Source: an uncultured bacterium (GTDB lineage Bacteria > Krumholzibacteriota > Krumholzibacteriia > WVZY01). From it: a stretch of 64,000 nucleotides of DNA. The position numbers and the translations under genes were made by a program. A model generated the notes under the pieces. The model was not told the DNA's origin, ran no database searches, and saw nothing but the letters and a program-made list of their open reading frames with translations. Below are positions 10,909 to 21,129 of the stretch, in pieces (the first letter of the stretch is position 1; every line of letters begins with the position of its first letter). The stretch covers positions 26,003 to 90,002 of the forward strand of contig CAYXEN010000002.1 in the NCBI GenBank assembly GCA_964464035.1. Direction: 5' to 3'.

Positions 10909-12831
10909 ATGACAGTCATAATAATGCCGGACGGCTCGGAGAATGCTTTCGAAGCCGAGAAGGTACCCGTTAGCGAAGTGGTCGCTTCTCTCGGCGAGAG
11001 GTGGAAGCGGGAAGCCGTCGCGGTAAAGTTCGCCGGCGAGGTGTTCGACCTCCACCAGTCGATCACCGGCAGGGGCGAATTCAGGGTTCTCACGGCAAAG
11101 GACCCCGAGAGTCTCCCCGTTCTCCGCCACACTGCTTCGCACCTTCTCGCCTATGCGGTGAAGTCCCTCCACCCGGACGCGAAGCTCGGTATCGGCCCTC
11201 CCATCGAGGATGGATTCTATTACGATTTCGATGTGAGCACACCCTTCACCCCCGATGACCTTGCCGGCATCGAGAAGAAGATGGCGGAATTGCTCGCCGC
11301 CAAGCCCGGGATCCGCCGCGAAGTGTGGGATCGCAAGAAGGCGATCGAGTTCTTCGGTGCCAGGGGTGAGGATTACAAGGTCGAATTGATCGAGGATCTT
11401 CCCGACGAGAGGGTTTCGATCTACTTCCTGGGTGACTTCGTGGATCTTTGCGCGGGGCCGCATCTAGGCGAGGTCAAGTGGCTCAAGGCGCTCAAGATCC
11501 TCTCCTCCGCGGGAGCCTACTGGCGGGGGGATTCCAAGAGGCCGATGCTCCAGCGGATCTATGCCACGGCGTATTTCAAGAAGAAGGATCTCGACGAGTA
11601 TCTGAAGCGCAGGGAAGAAGCGGAGAAACGGGATCACCGCAAGCTGGGAAAACTTCTCGATCTTTTCGACGTGAACGAGGAGGCGGGAGGCGGTCTCGTC
11701 TTCTGGAATCCGAAGGGCGCCGTCGTCAGGGACGTCATCGAGCGTTACTGGAAACGCGAGCACATCGAGCGCGGGTACGAGCTGGTTTTCACGCCGCATA
11801 TCGCCCGCGCGGGACTGTGGCGTACGTCCGGACACTACGACTATTACCGGGAAAACATGTACACGATGGACGTCGACGGGCAGGAGTTCGTGCTGAAGCC
11901 GATGAACTGCCCCGGACACATCCTCATCTACAAGCGAAGACTCTACAGCTACCGGGAACTTCCCGTCCGCTTCGCCGAGATGGGGACGGTCTACAGGCGC
12001 GAGCTGTCGGGGACGTTGCACGGTCTGCTCAGGGTGCGGGGGTTCACGCAGGACGACGCGCATATCTTCTGTACCCACGAACAGGTGCACGAAGAAGTGG
12101 ACGGGACCCTTTCCTTCGCAATGGACATGCTCCGGGCGATGGGATTCGAAGAGTTCAAGATAGAGCTGAGCGTTCGCAGTCCCGGCGACCGGGACAAGTA
12201 CGCGGGGAGCGACGAGGAGTGGGAAATGGCTGAAAGCGCCCTGGAGGCGGCTGTCGAGAGGAAGGGGCTCCAGTACAAGCGGATGGAAGGCGAGGCGGTC
12301 TTCTACGGCCCCAAGATCGACATCAAGGTGATCGATGCAATCGGGCGCTCGTGGCAGCTGAGCACCGTTCAGTTCGATTTCAACCTGCCCAAGCGGTTCG
12401 ACGTCACATACGTATCCCGGAGCGGAGAACGCCTGCAGGTGTACATGGTCCACAGGGCGCTCCTGGGATCCCTGGAGAGGTTCATGGGCATCCTGACCGA
12501 GCACCATGCCGGGGCGTTTCCTCTCTGGCTCGCCCCGGTGCAGTGCATCGTTCTCCCGGTGGGCAAGGCCAGCCATTCGTACGCGCTGTCCACCTTGGAG
12601 GAGCTCCGGAGGGAGGGAATCCGCGCCGATATAGACATGCGCGAGGAGAAGATCGGCTACCGGATAAGAGACGCCGAGATGCAAAAAATCCCCTACATGC
12701 TGGTGGTCGGCGAGCGGGAGGCTGAGAGCCGAGCGGTGGGCGTGCGAAAGAGGGGCGAAGGCGACTTGGGGAGCAGGAGCCTCCAAGAAGTAATGACGGA
12801 AATAGTTGACGCGGCCAAGCCGAAGTATTAA
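10909..12831 (+). CDS. thrS: Threonyl-tRNA synthetase
   Basis: 640 aa. N-terminal TGS domain, class II motifs (FRNE-like, HRALLGS), C-terminal anticodon-binding domain. Confidence 0.95.
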   Translation: MTVIIMPDGSENAFEAEKVPVSEVVASLGERWKREAVAVKFAGEVFDLHQSITGRGEFRVLTAKDPESLPVLRHTASHLLAYAVKSLHPDAKLGIGPPIEDGFYYDFDVSTPFTPDDLAGIEKKMAELLAAKPGIRREVWDRKKAIEFFGARGEDYKVELIEDLPDERVSIYFLGDFVDLCAGPHLGEVKWLKALKILSSAGAYWRGDSKRPMLQRIYATAYFKKKDLDEYLKRREEAEKRDHRKLGKLLDLFDVNEEAGGGLVFWNPKGAVVRDVIERYWKREHIERGYELVFTPHIARAGLWRTSGHYDYYRENMYTMDVDGQEFVLKPMNCPGHILIYKRRLYSYRELPVRFAEMGTVYRRELSGTLHGLLRVRGFTQDDAHIFCTHEQVHEEVDGTLSFAMDMLRAMGFEEFKIELSVRSPGDRDKYAGSDEEWEMAESALEAAVERKGLQYKRMEGEAVFYGPKIDIKVIDAIGRSWQLSTVQFDFNLPKRFDVTYVSRSGERLQVYMVHRALLGSLERFMGILTEHHAGAFPLWLAPVQCIVLPVGKASHSYALSTLEELRREGIRADIDMREEKIGYRIRDAEMQKIPYMLVVGEREAESRAVGVRKRGEGDLGSRSLQEVMTEIVDAAKPKY

Positions 12832-12919
12832 TATAGCGTGCACAAGCAGGGGATTCTCCCCTCACCTGCCGTCGAGTCGATTGGTAAGGTTTCTGTTTGC
12901 CGAAGTGTGTCGTATGCGA

Positions 12920-12946
12920 ACGGATGCCTGCCATCCGTTTTTTTTG
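12920..12946 (+). terminator. Intrinsic terminator / possible infC-leader attenuator
   Basis: CGGATG-cctgc-CATCCG hairpin followed by 8 T. Located between the thrS stop and the infC RBS (AGGAGG at 12955-12960). Confidence 0.5.
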
Positions 12947-12970
12947 TTTCAAACAGGAGGTTTGTGGAAT

Positions 12971-13573
12971 ATCGCTAGAACGTTTCGTATCCGGGTAAAT
13001 CGCCAGATAAGAATCCCGGAAATAAGGCTGATAGACGAAGAAGGGAATCAACTCGGCATCATGCCGACGTCCAAGGCCCTGGAGATGGCGATGGAAAGGG
13101 GTTACGACCTCGTGGAGATTGCCCCGCAATCGCGGCCGCCGGTATGCCGGATCATGGATTTCGGCAAATACAAGTACGAGTTGAAGAAGAAGCTCAAGCA
13201 ATCCAAGAAGAAGCAGCACGTAATTCACGTAAAAGAGATAAAGTTCAGGCCGAAAACCGAGGAACACGATTACCAGTTCAAGAAGCGTCACGCCGAGGAG
13301 TTTCTCGGGAAGAACGACAAGGTCAAGTTCACCGTCATTTTCAGGGGACGGGAACTCAGTCACAAGGAGCTGGGCGAAAGAATTCTCACGAGAATCAAAG
13401 AGGAGCTGAGCGATATCGGGGTGGTTGAGAAAGACGTCTCCTTCGAGGGGCGAATAATGACCCTCATCATGGCCCCCATCGCCGGCAAGGAGAAGCAGGT
13501 CAAGAGCGAGGGCGGGCAAGCCGCGGCCGAAGAGAGCAAGGAAGGTAACGATGCCGAAACTGAAGAGCAATAG
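12971..13573 (+). CDS. infC: Translation initiation factor IF-3, probable non-AUG (AUC/UUG) start
   Basis: Translation (I)[30 protein letters not shown]...[15 protein letters not shown]...VKEIKFRP matches IF3 end to end. No in-frame ATG follows the AGGAGG RBS. In-frame TTG at 12962 and ATC at 12971. Confidence 0.75.
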   Translation: MARTFRIRVNRQIRIPEIRLIDEEGNQLGIMPTSKALEMAMERGYDLVEIAPQSRPPVCRIMDFGKYKYELKKKLKQSKKKQHVIHVKEIKFRPKTEEHDYQFKKRHAEEFLGKNDKVKFTVIFRGRELSHKELGERILTRIKEELSDIGVVEKDVSFEGRIMTLIMAPIAGKEKQVKSEGGQAAAEESKEGNDAETEEQ

Positions 13574-13748
13574 AGGAGCGAGAAAGAGGTTTCGTGTGAC
13601 GGGAACCGGGAAGATCGCCCGCAACCACGCGTACAAGAGTCACATCCTGACCAAGAAAAGCTCCAAACGCAAGCGCAAGCTCGGCAAGAGCGCCCTGGTC
13701 GACGGAGCCAACATGCGCAGCGTCAAGCGCATGCTCCTTTGCAAGTAG
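13551..13748 (+). CDS. rpmI: Ribosomal protein L35
   Basis: [22 protein letters not shown]... 65 aa, AAGGAAGG RBS. Overlaps the infC end. Confidence 0.9.
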   Translation: MPKLKSNRGARKRFRVTGTGKIARNHAYKSHILTKKSSKRKRKLGKSALVDGANMRSVKRMLLCK

Positions 13749-13820
13749 CGGCGGATCCGAACCGCGACTCGAGACTGGAAATCCGGGAACGAATACTATG
13801 AATACAAGGAGGTAGTCGTC

Positions 13821-14183
13821 ATGCCCCGCACCAAGAACAGCGCCGCCAGCAGGGAGAGGCGAAAGAAATATCTAAAGGCCGCGAAAGGCTTTTACGGCGG
13901 AAGATCGAAGCTCTACCGCACGGCACGCGAGAGCGTCGAGCGGGCGTGGACCTACGCCTACAGGGACAGGAAGCAGCGCAAGAGGGATTTCCGGAAGCTC
14001 TGGATCGCCCGGATCAACGCGGCCGCCAGGCTGAACGGATTGTCGTATAATCGCTTCATCTGCGGGCTCAAGAAAGCCGACGTCGAGATCAACCGCAAGA
14101 TGCTCGCCGAGATGGCGGTCAACGACGAGCAGGGTTTCAAGGAGCTGGCCGAGATGGCCAAGGAGGCCGTGAAGGCATCCTAG
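13821..14183 (+). CDS. rplT: Ribosomal protein L20
   Basis: [26 protein letters not shown]..., AAGGAGG RBS. Confidence 0.95.
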   Translation: MPRTKNSAASRERRKKYLKAAKGFYGGRSKLYRTARESVERAWTYAYRDRKQRKRDFRKLWIARINAAARLNGLSYNRFICGLKKADVEINRKMLAEMAVNDEQGFKELAEMAKEAVKAS

Positions 14184-14312
14184 GCCGCGGGACATGGCGG
14201 TCCGGCCGGGAGTGTCCGGCGGCGCCGGCTTCGGGATTGACTCCGATATCGGCCCGTGACGAATGATACGGACAAACAGCCGCCGCCGCTCGAGGAGCGC
14301 GGAAAATCGATA

Positions 14313-15326
14313 ATGGACATAGACAGGCTTCGAAAGACCATTCCCCGCGATATTGAGAATTGCCATACCCGAGAAGATCTTCAAACCATCCGCATAAAGT
14401 ACCTGGGGCGAAAGGGCGAGATCACGGGCCTGCTTCGGGCGATAAAGGATCTTCCGCCCGAGGAGCGCCCGGCTGCGGGTGCGGCGTTGCAGAAACTCCG
14501 TGGGGAATGTGAAGCTCTCATCGCCGCCAAAGAGAAGGAGTTCGGCAGCGGCGAAACGTACGACGTATTCGGAGATTATCCGGCCGACCCGACGCTGCCG
14601 GCGCACGACGGCGAAGTGGGGCATCGGCACGTCCTTTCCCAGGTTCTGCGCAGAATAAAGAAGATCTTCTACGGATTGGGGTACTCGCTGGCATCCGGCC
14701 CGGACGTGGAACTCGAGTATTACAATTTCCAGGCCTTGAATTTTCCCCCGGAACACCCTTCCCGGGATCTCCAGGACACCTTCTACGTAACGGACGAGAT
14801 ACTTCTGCGCACTCAAACTTCGCCGGTGCAGGTCCGATACATGGAGAAGCACAAGCCTCCGCTGAAGATAATAGTGCCGGGAAGGGTGTACCGGAACGAG
14901 AGCATCGATCAATCACACGCCGCCGAGTTTCACCAAGTCGAAGGATTGTACGTCGACAGGGACGTTTCCCTGGCCGACTTGAAGAAAGACGTGGAAATAT
15001 TCGTGCGGGAGTTTTTCGGCCCCAAGAGCAGGGTGCGTTTCCGGCCGCATTTCTTCCCCTTCACCGAGCCGAGCGCTGAAGCCGACATGTCATGCTTCGC
15101 ATGCAACGGGGAAGGATGCTCGATCTGCGGCAACGCGGGGTGGATCGAGATCATGGGAGCGGGAATGGTACATCCGAACGTACTGCGCGCCGCCGGTTAC
15201 GATCCGGCCGAGTATTGCGGATTCGCCTTCGGGCTGGGGGTGGACCGGATAGTCATGCTCAAGTATGGAATCAAGGACATAAGGCTCTTCCTGGCGAACG
15301 ACCTTCGTTTTCTCAGACAGTTTTGA
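14313..15326 (+). CDS. pheS: Phenylalanyl-tRNA synthetase alpha subunit
   Basis: Start chosen at MDIDRL..., which places IKYLGRKGEITGLL about 27 aa in, as in known PheS. ORF is open from GTG 14256. Ends ...NDLRFLRQF. Confidence 0.9.
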   Translation: MDIDRLRKTIPRDIENCHTREDLQTIRIKYLGRKGEITGLLRAIKDLPPEERPAAGAALQKLRGECEALIAAKEKEFGSGETYDVFGDYPADPTLPAHDGEVGHRHVLSQVLRRIKKIFYGLGYSLASGPDVELEYYNFQALNFPPEHPSRDLQDTFYVTDEILLRTQTSPVQVRYMEKHKPPLKIIVPGRVYRNESIDQSHAAEFHQVEGLYVDRDVSLADLKKDVEIFVREFFGPKSRVRFRPHFFPFTEPSAEADMSCFACNGEGCSICGNAGWIEIMGAGMVHPNVLRAAGYDPAEYCGFAFGLGVDRIVMLKYGIKDIRLFLANDLRFLRQF

Positions 15327-15341
15327 CGAAACGGTGACGAT

Positions 15342-17738
15342 ATGCTGATCAGCTTGTCATGGTTGAAGAAGTACGTGGATATCCCGGTGCGGATCCAAAC
15401 CCTGGTGGAGGATCTCACCATGGCCGGGCTCAACGTGGAGAAATGCACGTCCGTCGGGATCACGGACGAGAGGATAATAGTTGGTGAAGTGGAAGAAGTG
15501 AGCAGGCATCCCAACGCCGACAAGCTGAAGTTGTGCAGAGTGAGATTGGGGGAGGGCAGGGTTCAGGAGGTAGTATGCGGAGCTCCCAACGTCGAGAAGG
15601 GTCAGAAGGTTGCAGTAGCCTTGGTGGGAGCGTCCCTTCCCGGCGGGATGAAGATAAAGAAGGCCAAGATCAGGGGAGTCGTCTCCGAGGGAATGATATG
15701 CTCGGAAAAGGAACTTGGGCTGGGCGAAGACGCGGCCGGCATCATGGTTCTCGACGACTCGCTCGAAGTCGGCGCCCCTCTCTCGGAGGCGCTGTCGACC
15801 TCGGACACCATACTTGAAATCGAAGTGACTCCCAACCGTCCCGACCTGCTGTCGCACTTCGGCGTGGCGAGGGAAGTAGCCGCCCTGTACAAGCTCGATC
15901 TCGAGTTCCCCGAGGCGGCTTTCGAAGAGACGGATGCGGCGGGGCACATGAAAGTCGTGATCGATGACGAGAACGATTGTCCCCGGTACACGGGCAGGAT
16001 CATAAGGGGGGTAAAGGTGGGTCCTTCGCCCTCCTGGCTGGTCAAGGCGCTTGAATCGGTGGGAATAAACAGCATCAACAACATCGTCGACGCGACAAAC
16101 TTCGTGATGCTGGAGCTCGGACAGCCCCTCCATGCTTTCGATCTTTCCAAACTCAGGGGAGGGGTCGTGAGAGTGAGGAGGGGAGGCAAGGGTGAAAGCT
16201 TGAACGCGCTGGACGGAGAGTCCTACGAGCTCGGCGACGAGCATCTGGTGATCGCGGACGGTGAGGGAGCCGTAGCGCTTGCGGGCATAATAGGCGGTGT
16301 GGAGACCGCCGTCTCGAACGAGACGAGAGACATCTTTCTCGAATCGGCGTGTTTCGATCCGGTCGTCGTGCGCCGGGCGAGAAAGGCTTTGAATACCACC
16401 ACGGAAGCCTCGTATCGCTTCGAGCGCGGAGCCGATCGCGGTATCTGCAAGACTGCGTCCGATCGAGCTTGTTCGCTTATCCTGGAGTTGGCCGGCGGAC
16501 GCGCGGGCGGATTCATCGACGTCTATCCCGCGGGATACGCCCCGGTGAGGATAAGCCTTCGCCGCAAGGAGGTTCAGAGGGTATTGGGCGTCGGAATCCA
16601 CGTCGATGAGATTAAAGCCATACTGGAGAGCCTCGAGTTCAAGTGCGTGGAGAAGACCGAAGAGGAGCTCGTCCTGGAAGTTCCTTCTTTTCGCCCCGAC
16701 GTAGTGGAGGAAGTGGACCTCATAGAAGAGGTGGCAAGGATCTACGGCTACAACCGCATAGGCAAAGGTTGGGATTTTCGCTGCACCACCTATGCCAGGG
16801 AAGACCGTTTCGACGAGTTCGTTGAATCCGTTCTTGATCACCTGTGCGCGCGCGGCTTCGACGAGGTGATCACATCTTCTTTCGGCACGGGCGGGGAAGC
16901 GGGGATCTTCGGTTGGGCCGAGGACGACGCAAGGTCCAACCCCATCAGATTGAGAAATCCTCTCACCTCGCTGCATTCATGCATGCGCACCAGCCTGCTG
17001 CCGGGCATGCTCGACGTCGTGAAGCTGAACATCGACATGGGCGTGAAACGGATGAAAATCTGCCAGGCGGGCAAGGTCTTTCTCCGCAAGCGCGGTGAAG
17101 AGGGCCTGCCGGACGAGCGGATGATCCTGGAGCTCGTCATGACCCGCCCGATGGGAAGCGACTTCTGGTTTGACTCGAAGAAAGAAATGTATTTATTTGA
17201 TACAAAAGCTGTTATAGAAGAGCTGGCCCGGTCTTTCAAGGTTGACCTGTGGCACGACTTTTGTTATGATTTCGACGGGGTATCGGGAGAATTCTTTTAC
17301 AGCAGAGGCGAAAACAGGGTGATCGAGGGTGGGCCGATCGGGCGAAAGGCCGCCGAGAAGTACGATTTCGAGCAGGCGGTGTGGCACGTATCCATCGATC
17401 TGGAGAGGTTTTACAAAGCCATGGAGGTGCGCCCGGCCCACAGGCCTCTTCCCGAGTATCCCGTATCGAAGCGCGACCTCTCCCTCATCGCACCCGAGGG
17501 CGTCGGTTACGATGAGATCGAAAAAACTCTGGTCAAGACGGGAGGCGCCTTGATAGAATCGCTAAAGCTGTTCGACGTGTATTATGGCGAAAACATTCCC
17601 GAGGGGACCAGGGCTTACGGCGTGCGGATCCACTTCAGGTCTCCGGAACGAACGCTCACCGATAAGGAGATCGACAAACTGGTGGACAAGATTCTTCGTA
17701 AGCTCAAGAGCGATTTGAAGGTAAGCATAAGATCTTAG
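15342..17738 (+). CDS. pheT: Phenylalanyl-tRNA synthetase beta subunit
   Basis: 798 aa. N-terminal MLISLSWLKKYVDI, tRNA-binding, B3/4, B5 and FDX-ACB regions. Confidence 0.95.
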   Translation: MLISLSWLKKYVDIPVRIQTLVEDLTMAGLNVEKCTSVGITDERIIVGEVEEVSRHPNADKLKLCRVRLGEGRVQEVVCGAPNVEKGQKVAVALVGASLPGGMKIKKAKIRGVVSEGMICSEKELGLGEDAAGIMVLDDSLEVGAPLSEALSTSDTILEIEVTPNRPDLLSHFGVAREVAALYKLDLEFPEAAFEETDAAGHMKVVIDDENDCPRYTGRIIRGVKVGPSPSWLVKALESVGINSINNIVDATNFVMLELGQPLHAFDLSKLRGGVVRVRRGGKGESLNALDGESYELGDEHLVIADGEGAVALAGIIGGVETAVSNETRDIFLESACFDPVVVRRARKALNTTTEASYRFERGADRGICKTASDRACSLILELAGGRAGGFIDVYPAGYAPVRISLRRKEVQRVLGVGIHVDEIKAILESLEFKCVEKTEEELVLEVPSFRPDVVEEVDLIEEVARIYGYNRIGKGWDFRCTTYAREDRFDEFVESVLDHLCARGFDEVITSSFGTGGEAGIFGWAEDDARSNPIRLRNPLTSLHSCMRTSLLPGMLDVVKLNIDMGVKRMKICQAGKVFLRKRGEEGLPDERMILELVMTRPMGSDFWFDSKKEMYLFDTKAVIEELARSFKVDLWHDFCYDFDGVSGEFFYSRGENRVIEGGPIGRKAAEKYDFEQAVWHVSIDLERFYKAMEVRPAHRPLPEYPVSKRDLSLIAPEGVGYDEIEKTLVKTGGALIESLKLFDVYYGENIPEGTRAYGVRIHFRSPERTLTDKEIDKLVDKILRKLKSDLKVSIRS

Positions 17739-17755
17739 CAGGGAGCCGATAGAAA

Positions 17756-18034
17756 TTGCAAAACCTGAAGAAATTCCACTTGTTGGATGAGAAGGTTGAG
17801 CAGACCATCAAGAAAATCAGCGGCCTACAGGCCAAGTATCAAACGCTCAAAGAAGAGAACATCGGCTTACAGAAAGAAATAAAAAGTTTGAAGGAACGTA
17901 ACCGCGAGCTGACCATGGAGATCGAGGGTCTCCGGGAAACAAACAGCAAGATCGCGGGAAGTTCAATCGACAAGGAGGAGATCAAGAAAAGAATAGATCG
18001 GGTCCTGGAAAAGTTCGGGGAACTTCAACTCTGA
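17756..18034 (+). CDS. Coiled-coil ZapB-like cell-division protein
   Basis: 92 aa, heptad-rich (LQAKYQTLKEENIGLQKEIKSLKERNRELTMEIEGLRE). Immediately upstream of zapA. Confidence 0.5.
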   Translation: MQNLKKFHLLDEKVEQTIKKISGLQAKYQTLKEENIGLQKEIKSLKERNRELTMEIEGLRETNSKIAGSSIDKEEIKKRIDRVLEKFGELQL

Positions 18035-18104
18035 TTTCAGGTGCCTCGATTGCTTCCCGATGCCGGGTTGGTTCGATTGCGGCAAGAAAGGGTATTGAGA
18101 CCAG

Positions 18105-18395
18105 ATGGAAGAATCAAACGTCACTACGGTGGAAATATTCGGACGTGAGTACAAGATAAAAGGTTTCGCCGACGAGAAGTACATACTCAAGGTAGCCAAG
18201 TACGTGGATGCAAGGATGAAAGAGCTTGCCAAGGGTTCTTCGTTTCCTTCCCACGACAAGCTGGCTATCCTGGCCGCGCTGAATATCGCGGATGAGTTGT
18301 TCAAGGGAAAAGAAGAAGCATCAGAAACCTTTTCCATGGTCGAGCAGAAAGCGGAAGAGCTCGTCGAAAAACTCGACCGAAGTTTCCAGGCGTGA
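18105..18395 (+). CDS. zapA: Cell division protein ZapA
   Basis: 96 aa. VTTVEIFGREYKIKG...YILKVAKYVDARMKEL pattern of ZapA. Confidence 0.75.
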   Translation: MEESNVTTVEIFGREYKIKGFADEKYILKVAKYVDARMKELAKGSSFPSHDKLAILAALNIADELFKGKEEASETFSMVEQKAEELVEKLDRSFQA

Positions 18396-18422
18396 ACGTT
18401 TTGATTTTTCCCGCGATTTCTC

Positions 18423-18452
18423 TTGATACGCCCGCCGCGGTGCTGGTAGAAT
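18423..18452 (+). promoter_or_regulatory. Near-consensus sigma-70 promoter driving the 6S RNA candidate
   Basis: TTGATA-18 nt-TAGAAT directly upstream of the predicted RNA 5-prime end. Confidence 0.45.
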
Positions 18453-18458
18453 TATAGA

Positions 18459-18646
18459 AATTCCCTACCATGTTCGTGATGGAGTGGTGATTATTGAGCC
18501 AACACCTGGTACGTAGGAAGCCCAAATCAAGTTTGTGATGTCATGCCCCCGAGCCGGGGAAGACAGAGCTTGCTTTGAGGGCATCCACTTGAAATATCAG
18601 GTTCAACAGTTCCCTACACACGGCATAGAGTGGGGAATTTTCTTTT
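18459..18646 (+). ncRNA. ssrS: 6S RNA (SsrS) candidate, about 188 nt
   Basis: Sits immediately downstream of zapA, the conserved zapA-ssrS arrangement. The 5-prime end AAAUUCCC pairs with the 3-prime end GGGGAAUUU to form a closing stem. It shares blocks with E. coli 6S: 5-prime ...AUGUUCG..., central CUUGAA...GGUUCAA...CGGCAU. Ends in a hairpin plus U-run. Flanking ORFs in this region are implausible Arg/Gly-rich frames. Confidence 0.6.
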
Positions 18647-18753
18647 GCATCCAGTTTCCCCTCATGCGCCCGATCCACGAATTCCCAAGACTTTCAGCAA
18701 AGCGGGGCATATCCCCGATGCAGTGCCATTCAACATAGATAGGGGGACAAGCG

Positions 18754-20319
18754 ATGACAAGTTACTGGATATACATAGTCGTCGGCCTGGCGACGGCTGT
18801 AGTTGGTTTCCTCGTCGGCGCGATCCTCAGCAAGCGTATCGCATCGAGCAGCATCCTCAACTCGAAGAAGCTGGCCGAGAGCATCATCGCCGACGCCCAG
18901 AAATCGGCCGAGAATCTTCGCAAGGAAGCCGAGATCGAGGCCAAGGACAGCTACTTCAAGATGAAGATGCAGTTCGAGGAGGAGACGAAGGCTACCCGCG
19001 AGCGTCTCGAAAAAGTGGAAGAACAGCTCAAGGAGAAGGAGAACAACCTCAACCGCAAGCTCGATTATCTGGACAAGAAAGAGGCGGGCCTCAGCGAGAA
19101 AGCCAAGGCCCTCGAGCACAAACAGGCCGTTCTCGAAGAGCGGCTCGAGGAATCCAAGCGCCTGATCGCGGAAGAGAACGTGCGGCTGGAGAAGATAGCC
19201 GGGATGAGCAAGGAAGAAGCCAAGCGAATCCTCATGAAGAACCTGGAGAGCGAGGCACGGATGGAAGCCGCCAAGAGGATAAAGGAGATCCGGGACGAAG
19301 CGGAGCGCAACGCCCAGAAGGAAAGCAAGAAGATCATCACGCTGGCGATCCAACGATACGCAGCGGAACACAGCGTGGAAACGACCGTGTCGGTGGTGGA
19401 TCTACCCTCCGACGAGATGAAAGGGCGTATTATCGGCCGCGAAGGAAGGAATATCCGAGCCTTCGAGACCGCAACGGGCGTCGACGTTGTCATCGACGAC
19501 ACGCCCGAGGCGGTGATACTGTCCAGTTTCGATCCGATCAGGCGGGAGGTTGCCAGGCTCTCCCTCCAGAAGCTGGTCGAGGACGGAAGGATCCACCCCG
19601 GACGAATCGAGGAAGTGGTGGAAAGGACGCGGCACGAGCTCGAGGAGAGCATTCTGGAAACCGGCGAACAAACCTGCATGGACCTGAACATACACGCCAT
19701 AAACATAGAGTTGGTCAAGCTCCTCGGGCGGCTCAAGTACCGCTCGAGCTACGGGCAGAACTGCCTGAGACATTCGGTGGAGGTGTCGTACATAAGCGGG
19801 ATGATAGCGAGCGAGCTCAAGCTGGACGCCCAGACGGCGAAACGGGCTGGCTTGCTTCATGACATCGGCAAGGCGGTCACACACGAGATGGACGGCACGC
19901 ACACCGAGATCGGAGCCGAGCTCGCACGGCGTTACGGTGAGAGCGACATCGTTGTGAACGCAATAGCGGGCCATCACGAGGACGAGGACGCGATATCCCT
20001 GTACACGCCGATCGTCGGCGCCGCCGATGCGATAAGCGGAGCCCGTCCCGGAGCGCGGCGCGAGACGCTGGAAACCTACGTGAAGAGACTCGAGAAACTC
20101 GAGCAGGTGGCCGACGGGTTCGACGGCGTGGTCAAGTCATACGCCATCCAGGCCGGAAGGGAGATCAGGATAATGGTAAGCCACAAGAAGGTGGACGACT
20201 CGGAGGCCGCCGACCTGGCTTACGAAATCTCGCGCAAGGTCGAGAAGGAGCTCGAGTATCCGGGACAGATCAAGGTGGTCGTGATCAGAGAGACGAGAGC
20301 CGTCGATTACGCCAAGTAA
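18754..20319 (+). CDS. rny: Ribonuclease Y
   Basis: N-terminal TM helix, long coiled-coil, KH domain ([13 protein letters not shown]), HD domain (LLHDIGK). Confidence 0.9.
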   Translation: MTSYWIYIVVGLATAVVGFLVGAILSKRIASSSILNSKKLAESIIADAQKSAENLRKEAEIEAKDSYFKMKMQFEEETKATRERLEKVEEQLKEKENNLNRKLDYLDKKEAGLSEKAKALEHKQAVLEERLEESKRLIAEENVRLEKIAGMSKEEAKRILMKNLESEARMEAAKRIKEIRDEAERNAQKESKKIITLAIQRYAAEHSVETTVSVVDLPSDEMKGRIIGREGRNIRAFETATGVDVVIDDTPEAVILSSFDPIRREVARLSLQKLVEDGRIHPGRIEEVVERTRHELEESILETGEQTCMDLNIHAINIELVKLLGRLKYRSSYGQNCLRHSVEVSYISGMIASELKLDAQTAKRAGLLHDIGKAVTHEMDGTHTEIGAELARRYGESDIVVNAIAGHHEDEDAISLYTPIVGAADAISGARPGARRETLETYVKRLEKLEQVADGFDGVVKSYAIQAGREIRIMVSHKKVDDSEAADLAYEISRKVEKELEYPGQIKVVVIRETRAVDYAK

Positions 20320-20346
20320 TTCACCCCCCAACCTGAAGGGATTCAT

Positions 20347-21129
20347 GTGAGAATAGCTTTTTTCGGTGACGTGGTCGGCAGGCCCGGGCGCCGGGCGGTC
20401 GAGAAATTCATTCCTTTGGTGCGAGAAAAATTCGGTTGCGAAATCATGATTGCAAACGTGGAGAACGCGGCCGGGGGCATCGGCATCACGGAGAAAGCCT
20501 ACAGGGAATTGTCCGGAGCCGGGCTTCATTTCATGACTACGGGCAATCACGTCTGGGACAAGAAGGAAGGCGTCGCGATACTGGACAGGATGAGCGACAT
20601 CGTGCGCCCTGCGAATTATCCCCCTTCGGCTCCGGGCCGCGGGTTCGGATTCGTGGAGACGAAGGAATACAGGATAGCGGTTCTCAACATCCAGGGACGG
20701 GTCTTCATGCCGCCGATCGACTGTCCCTTCCGGACGGCGGACGCGTGCCTGGAAAGCATCTCCAAGGAAGCAGACATCATCGTGGTCGATTTCCACGGCG
20801 AGGCCACGAGCGAAAAGATAGCGATGGGCTGGCACCTGGACGGCAAAGTATCCCTTCTCGTGGGAACGCACACGCACGTTCCCACATGCGATCACCGGCT
20901 CCTGCCCGGCGGAACCGGCTACGTCACCGACATCGGAATGACCGGAGCGTACGATTCGGTCCTCGGAGTTCAGAAGGATGCGGTCTTGGACAGGTTCATC
21001 ACCATGCGACCGGTGCGCTTCTCCGTAGCCAGGAAAGACGTCCGTAGCGACATATTGATTGCGGAGATAGACGAGTCGAGCGGCAGAACCGTGAGCTTGA
21101 AGCACACCCAGATGAAAATGGAGGAATGA
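20347..21129 (+). CDS. ymdB: YmdB-like metallophosphoesterase (2',3'-cyclic-nucleotide phosphodiesterase family)
   Basis: MRIAFFGDVVGRPGR...TGNHVWDKKE...VDFHGEATSEK...GTHTHV, the TIGR00282 pattern. Directly follows rny as in Bacillus. Confidence 0.85.
   Translation: MRIAFFGDVVGRPGRRAVEKFIPLVREKFGCEIMIANVENAAGGIGITEKAYRELSGAGLHFMTTGNHVWDKKEGVAILDRMSDIVRPANYPPSAPGRGFGFVETKEYRIAVLNIQGRVFMPPIDCPFRTADACLESISKEADIIVVDFHGEATSEKIAMGWHLDGKVSLLVGTHTHVPTCDHRLLPGGTGYVTDIGMTGAYDSVLGVQKDAVLDRFITMRPVRFSVARKDVRSDILIAEIDESSGRTVSLKHTQMKMEE

Noticed and set aside
11464-12843. 459-aa minus-strand ORF
   Set aside because: Antisense to thrS. Same artefact class.
15357-16976. 539-aa minus-strand ORF
   Set aside because: Antisense to pheT. 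No motifs.
18630-19862. 410-aa ORF (Arg/Gly/Pro-rich) on the + strand
   Set aside because: An alternative frame overlapping rny and the 6S region. Low-complexity composition typical of off-frame translation of GC-rich coding DNA. The rny frame has clear KH and HD domains.
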